DNA of 64,000 nucleotides from a virus: IMG/VR virus record IMGVR_UViG_3300027896_005002, positions 59,488 to 123,487 of that record; one strand, 5' to 3'. Shown piece by piece: positions 33,547 to 44,055 of this stretch (position 1 is its first letter; each line of letters starts with the position of its first letter). The notes under the pieces were generated by a model. It saw only the letters and a program-made list of their open reading frames with translations, ran no database searches and was not told where the DNA came from. The position numbers and the translations under genes were made by a program.

Positions 33547-34334
33547 TTTGCAGCTTTGTCTAAAAGATCGCCAATTGTTTTAGCTATGAGTCTTGGTGAT
33601 TTATTATTTTTGTATTCAGTCCAAGCTTCGGCTACAGTTTCAGTTTTGCTTTCTGTAGCATATTCACTTAAGTTTTTAAGAACATCATTATGTTGTAAAG
33701 TAGTTAGATATTGATCAATTTGTTTTTTGAATGGATTTTTGCCGTAAAGATTTTCATATAGTCCATGAGCAATTTCATGATCTATTATAGCTTTTACTGA
33801 CTCGCAGCCAACAGGACTATAACCTTCAGCAACATCTTGTTTTATATCATCTAGCATTTGGTTATAATTCTTTTTGCTGAACCAATCAGAGTTAAGTACT
33901 ATTTTTCTTTTATAGGGTGCATAGTCAGCAAATGTATCTTCATCAAATTTTTCCCCGATAAGATCTGTTTGAACACCTTTGACCATTGTTTGGCCGTATT
34001 TACCGTAGGGTAATAGAGAGTCATTAATAGAATCATAAACTTGTTTGATTGCTTCATCTGGAACATTTGCTAAAGATCGAGCATCCTTTTGATTGGGACT
34101 GATTTGTTTTATTATTTTATCTCTATTAAAAGTTTCTCGTTTAGTCTCTAATTGATCTTTTAATATTTCAGTTTTTTCAGGAGTTGTTTCTGTTTTAATC
34201 TCTGACTGAGCTGTTAATTTTCTTTTTGATTTTGGATGTCGTTGAAGATAACCTTTTTGTTCATCTAAAGATAGCTCTTCCCATTTACGAGCTTCTTTTA
34301 AGAATTCAATCTGTATAGTAGCTAAATGTTTCAT
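33528..34334 (-). CDS. MKHLATIQ-family protein 4 with C-terminal HExxH zinc-metallopeptidase motif
   Basis: MKHLATIQIEFLKEARKWEELSLDEQKGYLQRHPKSKRKLTAQ; ...IIDHEIAHGLYE. Confidence 0.5.
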   Translation of the reverse strand: MKHLATIQIEFLKEARKWEELSLDEQKGYLQRHPKSKRKLTAQSEIKTETTPEKTEILKDQLETKRETFNRDKIIKQISPNQKDARSLANVPDEAIKQVYDSINDSLLPYGKYGQTMVKGVQTDLIGEKFDEDTFADYAPYKRKIVLNSDWFSKKNYNQMLDDIKQDVAEGYSPVGCESVKAIIDHEIAHGLYENLYGKNPFKKQIDQYLTTLQHNDVLKNLSEYATESKTETVAEAWTEYKNNKSPRLIAKTIGDLLDKAAKWQGQL

Positions 34335-35443
34335 GATACTTTACTAACAATTGCTGTTGCTGGTATAAATCTATAGTGTGTTGTAACATTACCTGGTAAG
34401 AAACCATAACCACCAAAAGTTGGACGTTGTCTTCTATGTCTTTGTTGATTTATGCGAACGCCACCTTTACGATGATCAACTTCTATAACAGTTGCATTCC
34501 AATTGTAGTGAGGTCCTTTAATTGATATTACACTTCCGGGTTGAATATTTAATTCATCAATTTTGCTTCGACCTTGAACTTTACGTTTCCAATCTTCATT
34601 TTGTATTGTATTATCAAAATCTCGTCTATTTTTAACAAATTTCTCTTTATCTTTTTGTGATACTTTTCCTAAAAATTTCAAATTACTACTACTATATGAT
34701 GAACTGCCTCTTTGTTTTGAATGCCAATGTTGACCTTCATCAGTATCACCATTTACTGTTACATATTTATGACCATGTTTAACATTAGTAACAGTCATTT
34801 CAATACCATTACTTAATCTTACTCTATCACCTACACCAATATATTCTGGTACTTTTACTTTTTTTACTTTTGTTTTAATTTCTTTCTTTAAATCTTCAAG
34901 TCTTTTTGGTTCTTTAATTTTGCGTTCAACTAAATAATGTCTCTTAATATATTTTAAAATACCTTCTCGTAATTCTTTTTTAATTTGTCTATTAGCTGAT
35001 GCTTCTAAAACATCATCTGTACTACTTGTTATTTTAAAAATTAATTTATTCAATTTTTTCGTTATTAAATTACTGTCTTCTCGTTTCCAATCATAATTAC
35101 CAGGATTTAAATTATAAGGATCATTACCTTTTGGCATCTCTCCTTCTATTATTGCTTTTTCTAATTTCCAATATACTTTGTGACGATTTAAATCAACATG
35201 TTTTTTCTCTGCTCTAGTCGACAAAGCATCTAATTTTCTAACTCGTCTTAAAATCCTTTTGACACCTCTCACTGCTTCTAATTTCTGTGATTTTTCAGGT
35301 TTAGTAGCACCTGGTTTTGCGGTCAATCGACGTTTACTACCTGGATGTTTTCTTAAATAACGTTTTTGTTCATCTTGAGTTAGATCTTTCCATTTTCGAG
35401 CTTTTTTAACAAATTCTGAATGAATTACTGCTAAATGTTTCAT
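34331..35443 (-). CDS. MKHLATIQ-family protein 5 (370 aa)
   Basis: MKHLAVIHSEFVKKARKWKDLTQDEQKRYLRKHPGSKRRLTAK. Confidence 0.5.
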   Translation of the reverse strand: MKHLAVIHSEFVKKARKWKDLTQDEQKRYLRKHPGSKRRLTAKPGATKPEKSQKLEAVRGVKRILRRVRKLDALSTRAEKKHVDLNRHKVYWKLEKAIIEGEMPKGNDPYNLNPGNYDWKREDSNLITKKLNKLIFKITSSTDDVLEASANRQIKKELREGILKYIKRHYLVERKIKEPKRLEDLKKEIKTKVKKVKVPEYIGVGDRVRLSNGIEMTVTNVKHGHKYVTVNGDTDEGQHWHSKQRGSSSYSSSNLKFLGKVSQKDKEKFVKNRRDFDNTIQNEDWKRKVQGRSKIDELNIQPGSVISIKGPHYNWNATVIEVDHRKGGVRINQQRHRRQRPTFGGYGFLPGNVTTHYRFIPATAIVSKVS

Positions 35444-35453
35444 ATTTTGACCC

Positions 35454-36038
35454 TTATTTAATAGTTATTGAATTATCAGATTCAATAGACTTTTGCGCAA
35501 TCATGCCTCTAAAAAATTTACTAAAGTTTGAATTAGATTTTTTAATTGTAATTGTATTTGAAGTTTTTTGCAATTCAACTTTTTTCGGTATATTATCTAC
35601 AAATATAGTAATTGAATCTTGATATTTCATTTTTATTTTATTTGAGTCATTGACAACAAATACTGTGTCATTTGTTTTGATTTTAACATTATTAAATTGA
35701 GACAAAACTAAAACATTAACTGTATCAATTGTCGGTGTTTGTGCATATGCATTCATCGGTGCAAACAATAAACTAACAGCTTGAGCTCCAGCAGATCCAA
35801 TTTTTACGATTCCGCCTAGTAATTGTGGAGCAGATACTCCGCTAACAAAAGCAGTTCTGACATCTTTTGCTCCAGTCATAAAATATCCTACAATGCCAAT
35901 GATTCCTGCAATTAATAAACCACCAAAGAAAAAAATGTCTGGACTTTCTTTTTGTTTAAACATGTTAGTTAATTCAATTAAAGAAAGAACAATACCACCA
36001 ATAAAAGCGGATAATATTAACTGATAATTTAATTTCAT
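35454..36038 (-). CDS. membrane protein (2 TM) inside the MKHL array
   Basis: LILSAFIGGIVLSLIELT and FFFGGLLIAGIIGIVGYFM helices. Confidence 0.3.
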   Translation of the reverse strand: MKLNYQLILSAFIGGIVLSLIELTNMFKQKESPDIFFFGGLLIAGIIGIVGYFMTGAKDVRTAFVSGVSAPQLLGGIVKIGSAGAQAVSLLFAPMNAYAQTPTIDTVNVLVLSQFNNVKIKTNDTVFVVNDSNKIKMKYQDSITIFVDNIPKKVELQKTSNTITIKKSNSNFSKFFRGMIAQKSIESDNSITIK

Positions 36039-36049
36039 AATTGTTGCTC

Positions 36050-36661
36050 CTATAAATGATATTCACTTTTTGGATGTTGTCCTAAATAATCTTCTTGTCT
36101 TTGATGACTCATAGCTTCCCACCATTCATCAGTAATGCCTAATTGTCGAACTGCATGTCCTTTTGAAACTTGTGCCAACATTCCAGATAATCCACTATCA
36201 TCAACTTTAAATCCTGCATGTTCAAATATTGGCTTAAAATCATATCCTTTAAATTTCCATCTACGTCTCTCTACTAATTGTTTTAATATCTCATACATCG
36301 AAAATTTCTTATCACTATCTCCAATAACATCCAAAACATCATTAATAAACATCTTTTCAAATTTTGGATGTTTAAATTTAATTTCTTTAATTTCTTGTTT
36401 AGCAGTAGTATCATCATAATCACTAACATATGTTAAAGAGCTTTTTATAAACTTTTTCTTACCGAATGTCAATGATTTTTTATGTTTTTTCTCAGGAAAC
36501 CAAACTTCAACTGGACTTGTAGGCGGTAAATAATCAAAAGAAGTTTTAGGCATTTCAATATAGCCTTTTTCACCATTTTGAAGTGTTACAACACCTCGAA
36601 AATTTAACGATCTGCCTGCAATTTTTAAATATTCAGCTTGAATTCTAGCTAAATGTTTCAT
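36050..36661 (-). CDS. MKHLATIQ-family protein 6 (short N-module variant)
   Basis: MKHLARIQAEYLKIAGRS... Confidence 0.45.
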   Translation of the reverse strand: MKHLARIQAEYLKIAGRSLNFRGVVTLQNGEKGYIEMPKTSFDYLPPTSPVEVWFPEKKHKKSLTFGKKKFIKSSLTYVSDYDDTTAKQEIKEIKFKHPKFEKMFINDVLDVIGDSDKKFSMYEILKQLVERRRWKFKGYDFKPIFEHAGFKVDDSGLSGMLAQVSKGHAVRQLGITDEWWEAMSHQRQEDYLGQHPKSEYHL

Positions 36662-36738
36662 ATCAATCCTTTTGTAATTTATCCATAGGATATTCTTGAT
36701 ATATCACATTAACCTTCTTTTCCATCTTTCAATTTTGA

Positions 36739-37413
36739 TTACCAAAATGTAACGTAACCACTATCAGTCCAAATATCAAAACTTGAATCATCTGGTTTTT
36801 GTAAGTCTTTTATATTAACTTTTTGTTTTTCACCATCTTTATTCAAAACTGTAGCTTCATCACCCGCGACATTAATAATTTTAACATGTTTATCTCCTAA
36901 TTTAGCAATTTGGTTTGATTTTACACCATTTTTTGGATCATATATAGTTATTTTATCACTTAAAAGCTCTGCTTTATAACCTGAATGTTTCTTTTTTTGA
37001 ACAGATTTTGGTTGTTCACCTTTTGAAAACAAATCTATCTCATCTTCATTCGGTTTTACAAAATCTTCATGTATAGCATCAACATCTTGTTTACCATTAG
37101 TTACAACATATGTATCTTTTAACACGCTTTTAATTGTGCCGATAAAATTCAAATCTCCAACCTTTACTAATTGACCTTCCTTAGGCAAATCATTACTAAC
37201 TTCTGGATCATAAACATCATATTTCTTATTTAATTGATGTCGTTTATCTTCTAATTTATTCTTTAATTCATCCTTTGGCTTTGCTGTTATCTTTCTTTTA
37301 CTTTTTGGATGTCGCCTTAAATAATCTCTCTGTTGCTCAATACTCAAATTATTCCATTCATTCTCTACTGCTATCTTCAAAAACTCTGATTGTACTACTG
37401 CTAAATGTTTCAT
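36739..37413 (-). CDS. MKHLATIQ-family protein 7
   Basis: (MLN)MKHLAVVQSEFLKIAVENEWNNLSIEQQRDYLRRHPKSKRKITAK; start placed at MKHL to avoid overlap. Confidence 0.5.
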   Translation of the reverse strand: MKHLAVVQSEFLKIAVENEWNNLSIEQQRDYLRRHPKSKRKITAKPKDELKNKLEDKRHQLNKKYDVYDPEVSNDLPKEGQLVKVGDLNFIGTIKSVLKDTYVVTNGKQDVDAIHEDFVKPNEDEIDLFSKGEQPKSVQKKKHSGYKAELLSDKITIYDPKNGVKSNQIAKLGDKHVKIINVAGDEATVLNKDGEKQKVNIKDLQKPDDSSFDIWTDSGYVTFW

Positions 37414-37414
37414 A

Positions 37415-38617
37415 TTAAGCATTTACCTCTTGCTTATGTAATACATCATCTCTTATTTTTTGTATAATTTCAACTATATTTAATTTTTGTGGACTTTGTA
37501 ATTCATTTATTAGTTTCCTTATTTCATCATTTTTAAAACCAATATCATCAAAATCATCAAGTATGTCTTGCTTTATTTTTTCAGCCTGCATTCCACTTTC
37601 TTCATTTTTAAGACTATATAAATCATGTGATATATCATCAATCTTTTCTCTGTTAATTTCATTATACACCTCAGAAAATCTGTCCTTTATTTTTTTCATA
37701 CTATTAAGAAATTCTTTAGATTCTCCTCTACGATCTTTCATACTTCTCAAAGGATCACTTCTGTAAGATTGATATTTTATCTCATAAGGCAGATCATATC
37801 GAATTGACTGTATTTTACTAACATTGTCTTTAATACTTTGCATTGCCTTACTCATGTTTTCAGTAGCAAATCTATCTGCCATTACATCTTCCATTGATGG
37901 GACTGAAGCATTTCTTAACGTTTCAAGCGCATCTTCAATTTTTGCTTTATAAAAATCATACACTGGCTTTATAGTTTCGTTTAGCATTTTCTTTTTTGCA
38001 AGATCCTCAGCAACACCAGACTGACTCTCTGATCTTTGTTGTTTCAACTTTGATCGCTCTTCATCATGCTTGACCATTAAAACATCACCAACTGATAAAA
38101 AGTTAATTTTGTCCAATAATGGTCTTAATCTAAAATCATATTTTCTTGAATCATATGAATGTCCACGTCTCCATTTTCTTTCTGTCTCAAAAATATCACC
38201 ACTACTATCATCACGTTTATCAACTGATGACTTTAAAATAGAAGGATCTATAATACTTAAACGATATTTTCCTGGCGTAAAACCGTCTTGTCTTATCATA
38301 AAAGCGACTTTACCACCTGATTTGCCAATAACAGCTATAGCATTGTCATCAAAAGCTTGTCTAATCGTTTTTTCAGCAACCCCTATACTTTCAACCGGAG
38401 AATTAGCTCCTAATCCATTATACATTATTGTCTCTTTCCATCTCTTCGGCAACTGACCTAACAATCTTTGAGCTGAAGTTGCAGGTCCTGGACGTAGCTT
38501 AGTTTTGCGATGCTGCTGTAAATATAATTTCTGTTGATCGGGTTTTAATTTTTTCCACCAATCAGACTCAATAGCTATTTTACTAAATTCACTAAAAATG
38601 GTCGATAAATGTTTCAT
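37415..38617 (-). CDS. MKHLATIQ-family protein 8 (400 aa)
   Basis: MKHLSTIFSEFSKIAIESDWWKKLKPDQQKLYLQQHRKTKLRP. Confidence 0.5.
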   Translation of the reverse strand: MKHLSTIFSEFSKIAIESDWWKKLKPDQQKLYLQQHRKTKLRPGPATSAQRLLGQLPKRWKETIMYNGLGANSPVESIGVAEKTIRQAFDDNAIAVIGKSGGKVAFMIRQDGFTPGKYRLSIIDPSILKSSVDKRDDSSGDIFETERKWRRGHSYDSRKYDFRLRPLLDKINFLSVGDVLMVKHDEERSKLKQQRSESQSGVAEDLAKKKMLNETIKPVYDFYKAKIEDALETLRNASVPSMEDVMADRFATENMSKAMQSIKDNVSKIQSIRYDLPYEIKYQSYRSDPLRSMKDRRGESKEFLNSMKKIKDRFSEVYNEINREKIDDISHDLYSLKNEESGMQAEKIKQDILDDFDDIGFKNDEIRKLINELQSPQKLNIVEIIQKIRDDVLHKQEVNA

Positions 38618-38820
38618 AAAGTCTCCTTTTGGCTAAATAATACTTTTTTTATAAATGGAAAATCATTGTAAGAATCGCAAGTAAATAAACCCTTATTAAT
38701 AACATAAAAAAAATCATGCTCAAAAAACTGTTGCGATTTTTATTCTACAGTTTTTTTGCAATATCTATTATTGGAATAATTTTAGAATTAACAATTTAAC
38801 TCTACTAAAACTAACTAATA

Positions 38821-40476
38821 ATGCGATCACGAGATGAAATTTCTCCCGCAAGAGGTGGAGAATCATCAGCTTTAGCAATCGATAGAAGTAGTAAACTTTG
38901 GCATCTATTTTCATTCATAAATCATTCCTACAATAATAATTTAACAGAATTATTAACTAGTGTCAATAGTTTTTTAGTGTTTGACTTTCTGCTAAAATAT
39001 ACAAAAAATAAAAATCTAAAATTTGCAATCAATACTATTAAATGGGGAATACCAGCTTTTTTACATGGTTCAAAATTCTATTTATCGTTTAGAAGTTATT
39101 TAAGAGAAGTTCAAGACGAAAAATCTCCAACATTTCAAAAACATATCGCAAAAATTTGTAAAGTATTAGAAGTTAAAGAATCTAGTCCATATTACTTAAA
39201 TCTAAATCATATTGATTGTATCCTCGCACCAGAAATAATTCTGTGGTTATTAAACAAGCCTAACACCAAAAATATTAAAATATTATCTTTACACAATTTT
39301 GAAAACACATCTGAAATTGATAGTATTAATCTATCTGGTAATGGTCAATTTGATATCGGCATTCTCTTCAAATATAATGATATTAAATATGTTTTAGATC
39401 TAACATTACTTGTAAGAGATTCTTTTTCTTTTGTTAAAGGTGCAATATTTCAAACAGCATCCATAACAAATGATAATTTTTCATTAAAGTTAAGAGAAGC
39501 GTTTCTATATGAATTTGTTAGTACATTAAACATTGAAAAAAATATTTTATATTTTGATCATCTTGAATCAATTAAAAGTGAACAAAGAATAAAAGTTGAT
39601 GAAGTCATAAATCAATTTGATGTACCAGAATTCGCAAAAGAACTTAAACAAATTCTAAATTGTGGTCGAAAAAGAGCCTATGCATTTGTTAGTAGACCTG
39701 GCACTGGTAAATCTACTATTATACGAAAATTAGAAGAAATAATGACAGATTACGTATTTTTTAAATTAACACCAAATGATCTTAGTACAGCAGCAACAAT
39801 TAAAGATAGATTTAATATCATTAAAAATATAAATAAAAGTATTGTTGTTATTGAAGACTTAGACTCTTGCGACTTACATGAAAAAAATTCAAAAGCTGGT
39901 GTTTTCTTAGATGAAATAGATGATGTCAACAATGATCTTAACATCATCATCATTGTCACTATAAATGACACAAGTCGAGTACATTTCTCTATTATTAATC
40001 GTCCAGGTAGATTTGATCGAGTAATAGAAATAAAACCACCATTTACAATTGAAGAAATATTACAAGTAATGATATCTAAAGCTAATAAATTAAAACAAAA
40101 ATATTGTCCCAAATCAACATTTTCAATACCCAAATTAACTGATATTAAAGAACTATTAGAAGAATGTTTAAAATACGAATTCACACAAGCTGAAATAACA
40201 AATGCTGTAGTTGAACAAATCTTTATTTATATCTCAATGGGTGTATTAGACAAAAAACTTAATTGGAATAAAATTACTAAAAAACAATTTAATGATTTTT
40301 TCAAACAAGCAATTGAATCTCATAAGAAAACATTACAAGCTATTAAAAATTGTAATTTCAATAATGCACAACCAAAACCATCATATGATGATAATGATAA
40401 ACAATGTCAAAGTTCACCAGCTAGTTTAGTTTATCCTTGGCATGATGTAAATGTTCCCACTGGCAGTACAAGATGA
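38821..40476 (+). CDS. AAA+ ATPase with large unknown N-terminal domain
   Basis: FVSRPGTGKSTII Walker A; VVIEDLDS Walker B-like. Confidence 0.5.
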   Translation: MRSRDEISPARGGESSALAIDRSSKLWHLFSFINHSYNNNLTELLTSVNSFLVFDFLLKYTKNKNLKFAINTIKWGIPAFLHGSKFYLSFRSYLREVQDEKSPTFQKHIAKICKVLEVKESSPYYLNLNHIDCILAPEIILWLLNKPNTKNIKILSLHNFENTSEIDSINLSGNGQFDIGILFKYNDIKYVLDLTLLVRDSFSFVKGAIFQTASITNDNFSLKLREAFLYEFVSTLNIEKNILYFDHLESIKSEQRIKVDEVINQFDVPEFAKELKQILNCGRKRAYAFVSRPGTGKSTIIRKLEEIMTDYVFFKLTPNDLSTAATIKDRFNIIKNINKSIVVIEDLDSCDLHEKNSKAGVFLDEIDDVNNDLNIIIIVTINDTSRVHFSIINRPGRFDRVIEIKPPFTIEEILQVMISKANKLKQKYCPKSTFSIPKLTDIKELLEECLKYEFTQAEITNAVVEQIFIYISMGVLDKKLNWNKITKKQFNDFFKQAIESHKKTLQAIKNCNFNNAQPKPSYDDNDKQCQSSPASLVYPWHDVNVPTGSTR

Positions 40477-40790
40477 CAGTTTACATTGATAAATTATTTT
40501 ATTTTCCACCTAAAGACAAACACACAGAACAAGTCGGCAAAAGATGGAATAATCAATGGTGTCATCTTTGGGCTGATGACATTGATGAATTAATAAATTT
40601 TGCAACATCAATTGGCCTTAAAAAAGAATGGTTACAAAAAGCAAAAACATTAACACATTTTGATTTAACTCCGTCACGTAGAATTAAAGCAATAGCCAAA
40701 GGCGCTGTCGAGATGAATCTTAGAGATTGGTTCAAAAAAGAAAAATGTAAACTTTTTAACAACAATAGTAAAAAATCTATTAATTATTAA
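40473..40790 (+). CDS. DUF4031-like protein
   Basis: VYIDKLFYF...WCHLWADDIDELINFATSIGLKKEW...THFDLTPSRRIKAIAKGA resembles the DUF4031 pattern (W.HL.AD..dEL..fA..iGl...W.....HYDl...r..A...GA). Confidence 0.35.
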   Translation: MTVYIDKLFYFPPKDKHTEQVGKRWNNQWCHLWADDIDELINFATSIGLKKEWLQKAKTLTHFDLTPSRRIKAIAKGAVEMNLRDWFKKEKCKLFNNNSKKSINY

Positions 40791-41076
40791 TGATAACCAA
40801 ATTAATAATTGTTTTATTGTTCTTTTAAACAAGGTAGGAATTACCTGAAGAGCTCCTGGAGATGTTCTGCTAGAGAGAAATCGATGAAAGGAGAAGTTAC
40901 ATCCTGTAACATTTCATGTCTATACTTGATTTACTTTTTTCACCAGAAAGGAGAAAATATTTAGAAAGATTAAGATTGACAATCGACTGAATTAAAGGTC
41001 TAAAAAAATCGTTATACCAAGTAAGAACGGTATAACACAACCGAACCGAAATAAAAGGTTCACAAAGGAGAATCAA

Positions 41077-41985
41077 ATGTCTACATTAGAAACCCGCATT
41101 AAAGAAGCTGCAGTCGTCTTAAACTCATATTTCAAAGATTCTAAAAAATCAGCTGAAGAAACTATCGCATTAGTATTAAATTACATGGGAATTACTAATG
41201 ATGATTTTGGTTTAAAAATTTTAGAAGCGTCATCAACTGTTTTTGACGACTTTCAAAAATCAGATTGGACTGGCGTTGTAGCTATTCCTATACCTCGACT
41301 CAAAATTGCCTGGTCTATTTTAAAGGGTCAAGATCCTTTCAAAATGCCCGAGCAAAACACTGAAACATTTTCTAGTAATTCAGATATAACAGCAGTTGTT
41401 AAACAATTAAAGCCTATTGGTCAATGGTCAGACGCTGAACTTGTTGAACAATATGGTAAAAATTGTCCGATGCAAGTTGAAGATGAATTATCAAAAAGAT
41501 CAAAAGATCGTCCATGTATGATTTTCAACGAAGATAATGCCTCTATAAATAAAGAAATCTCCCTAATATTACTCAGAGAAGCGAGACATTGTCCTACGCC
41601 AAGTACTTACTTGGTAGATAAAAAACTATACCAAGTATACAAAATTGGTGAATTCCCAATGAATGTCATGTATGAATGTCCCATCCATTCAAATGTTCTT
41701 CTTGTAAATGGATATTGTGAGGATTGTGGACAAAAGTGGTCAACAGATGATAGTGAATTACACAAAAATGTGTTTTTACGGATGATATCTGAAACCACAA
41801 GGATTGAGCCTATTACTCTCAAAATGTACATGCAACAATCATTTGAGGATTTAATTGGAATGTTTCCGAAGATCTTATTGAAATTCAATGCACTTAAGGA
41901 AGAAGGCAAATTGCCTACATTAAAACGCAGAATTTCAAAAGCTCGCGAAGGTGATCCTTTCAGAGTAGTTCACAAAGAATATTAA
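41077..41985 (+). CDS. hypothetical protein with C-terminal Cys cluster
   Basis: 302 aa; CPTPSTY...ECPIH...GYCEDCGQKW. Confidence 0.25.
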   Translation: MSTLETRIKEAAVVLNSYFKDSKKSAEETIALVLNYMGITNDDFGLKILEASSTVFDDFQKSDWTGVVAIPIPRLKIAWSILKGQDPFKMPEQNTETFSSNSDITAVVKQLKPIGQWSDAELVEQYGKNCPMQVEDELSKRSKDRPCMIFNEDNASINKEISLILLREARHCPTPSTYLVDKKLYQVYKIGEFPMNVMYECPIHSNVLLVNGYCEDCGQKWSTDDSELHKNVFLRMISETTRIEPITLKMYMQQSFEDLIGMFPKILLKFNALKEEGKLPTLKRRISKAREGDPFRVVHKEY

Positions 41986-41993
41986 TTTTTAAA

Positions 41994-42023
41994 TAGGGGA
42001 GATGAAAGTCTCCCCTTTCATTT
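41994..42023 (+). terminator. rho-independent terminator
   Basis: aggggag-atgaaagt-ctcccct-ttcattt. Confidence 0.55.
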
Positions 42024-42034
42024 AGGGAGGAAAT

Positions 42035-43342
42035 ATGATTAGTTCGCGCGACATTTTAGGATTTTCTGTTGCTCAGAATATGGGAAGAGTGATGGAAATA
42101 AATGGATATTATGCATCCATAATGAGAGCAGAAAAAAAAGAAAAAGATCATGATGGTTTGCCATTGGGTATGCCTATTCCTGTTATGGCTGTAGATTATT
42201 TAAAAAATAAACCAAATTTCTGGGTCGGTGGTCCAGGATCTTATGTTTGCCCAGTAGAATCTGATTGGGCACTATGGTTCAACTGGACTATGAATAACAG
42301 AAATATATCTATTTTGACATCAGTAAAAGGCATGAATCCAATCACGGGCGCAAGAATCAATGATCAAAAACTTGAACAATATAAAAACAAATGTCCCATT
42401 CATGATATTGAATTCAAACATGGTAAATTTTGCACAGAATGTAATTTCAAATGGCCTGATCAAAACTACATAACTGATCCTGATCCTTTTTATCTTGATG
42501 GATTCAGAACTGCTGATGGCTCGGTCAGACAATTTTATTTTACAGAAGATATGGCCAAGTCAATACCAGAATTAGTTATAGGAAAAGAAGATACTGTTCC
42601 GGCATTTGGATTTTGTTTCTATACTCTTAAGAATACACCAAAGATTGAATATGAGAATGGAAATAGAATCAAAAATGTTTTTCCAAAAAATATGATTAGC
42701 AGTCGAGGATCATTAAGAATGGATAGTTTTAGTCTTCCTCCTGCAAGAAGTGATGTTTTATATCGAAAAAGTTATGACACCGGAGTTCGTGGTTTTTCAG
42801 GACCATCAGGAACAAAAGGATTAAGTGGTTCATTTGGATCTCTTAAATCATATAGATCAAAAGGCATCGGTGGTGCTAGAGGAATGAGTATAGGTGACTT
42901 TTCAGAATGTTCAGAATCAGATGTTTCCAAATCTGCTACTAAATCTGCCTCTATTAATTTTTTTAACGCAGATCTAAGTTCAGATACTACAGACACATTA
43001 CTTTGTGACACGGGATCCAGTGTTCCATTTGATTCTGAAGCTCCAGTGGCTTGCGCTGCTTGTGCAGCAGAACCAATTACTATTGGAGCAAAAGTTGAGG
43101 AAAAAGTTCGTAGAATTCGAACTTCAAATGATGTTGGCATCGGTGCTGGCAATAAAATTCGTCAGACATTTACACAAGATAAACGACATATTGATGAATG
43201 GAGTGACAAACCATCAGGAATTGTTCGTATTTATTTTGTATTTAGAGAAGAATTTGAAAGATATGTACAAGATGGATTAAATAATTTAACAGGCAGTCGT
43301 GAAGGATATATGAGTGAATTACCAGTAGGAGGCAAAAAATGA
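42035..43342 (+). CDS. hypothetical protein (435 aa) with Gly/Ser-rich low-complexity segment; first gene of vWA/NADAR operon
   Basis: Overlapping stop/start with vWA gene; GVRGFSGPSGTKGLSGSFGSLKS region. Confidence 0.25.
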   Translation: MISSRDILGFSVAQNMGRVMEINGYYASIMRAEKKEKDHDGLPLGMPIPVMAVDYLKNKPNFWVGGPGSYVCPVESDWALWFNWTMNNRNISILTSVKGMNPITGARINDQKLEQYKNKCPIHDIEFKHGKFCTECNFKWPDQNYITDPDPFYLDGFRTADGSVRQFYFTEDMAKSIPELVIGKEDTVPAFGFCFYTLKNTPKIEYENGNRIKNVFPKNMISSRGSLRMDSFSLPPARSDVLYRKSYDTGVRGFSGPSGTKGLSGSFGSLKSYRSKGIGGARGMSIGDFSECSESDVSKSATKSASINFFNADLSSDTTDTLLCDTGSSVPFDSEAPVACAACAAEPITIGAKVEEKVRRIRTSNDVGIGAGNKIRQTFTQDKRHIDEWSDKPSGIVRIYFVFREEFERYVQDGLNNLTGSREGYMSELPVGGKK

Positions 43343-44055
43343 ATAAAGTAGATCTTTTATTTGTATTAGATATTACAGGATCCATGGGCAGTCTTATTTA
43401 TCAAGCTCAGAAAAAAATGAAGTCTATTCTTGAATCATTGACTAAAGATTTTCAAATGGATTTAAAAGTCGGACTTAGCTTATATCGAGATCATCCATCA
43501 CAAGGCGATGAATTTGTGACAGTAACATTTAATTTGATGGATGTTAAAGATATTCAAGAGAAAATTGATCAAATAAATGTCGGTGGCGGCGGTGATGATG
43601 CAGAAGCTGTTTTAGATGGAATAATTGATGGAGTCAATGATATGTCATGGAGAGATGGCAGTCGCAGAATAGCTTTTTTAATAGGTGACGCACCTGCTCA
43701 TGGCCTAATTGATGGCGAAGTATGTTGCACATGCGGTCAAACTTGGGGAAAGGCAGTAACTATAACTCAAGAAAAGAAAGTAGCAATATATGCTATTGTT
43801 TTAGGCCGTTCAGAAGAAGCTAAGAAATCATTTAAAGTTTTAGCAAATTTCACTGGTGGTTTATTAATAGAATCCGATAATGCTATGGAAGCTATTATGG
43901 AGACTTTAAAGACAGAGTTTGACAATATGAATTTAGATTCTAAAATTCTAGAGTTATTGTCGAAAAATATTGATCATAAAGAAATTTGCAAAATGTTAAA
44001 TATTGATCGTGATGAATTATCATCTTCAAAATCTAGAATAGCACAATATGCTTAA
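43339..44055 (+). CDS. von Willebrand factor type A (vWA) domain protein
   Basis: MIDAS motif LFVLDITGSMGS (DxTGS), later GDAPAHG. Confidence 0.55.
   Translation: MNKVDLLFVLDITGSMGSLIYQAQKKMKSILESLTKDFQMDLKVGLSLYRDHPSQGDEFVTVTFNLMDVKDIQEKIDQINVGGGGDDAEAVLDGIIDGVNDMSWRDGSRRIAFLIGDAPAHGLIDGEVCCTCGQTWGKAVTITQEKKVAIYAIVLGRSEEAKKSFKVLANFTGGLLIESDNAMEAIMETLKTEFDNMNLDSKILELLSKNIDHKEICKMLNIDRDELSSSKSRIAQYA

Noticed and set aside
31306-38617. Periodic nucleotide repeats (about 40-120 nt at roughly 0.3-1.2 kb spacing) that could be mistaken for a CRISPR-like array
   Set aside because: The repeats are the in-frame 5' ends of protein-coding paralogs (the MKHLATIQ module). Spacing is irregular and the 'spacers' are long ORFs. 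No short palindromic repeat unit is present.
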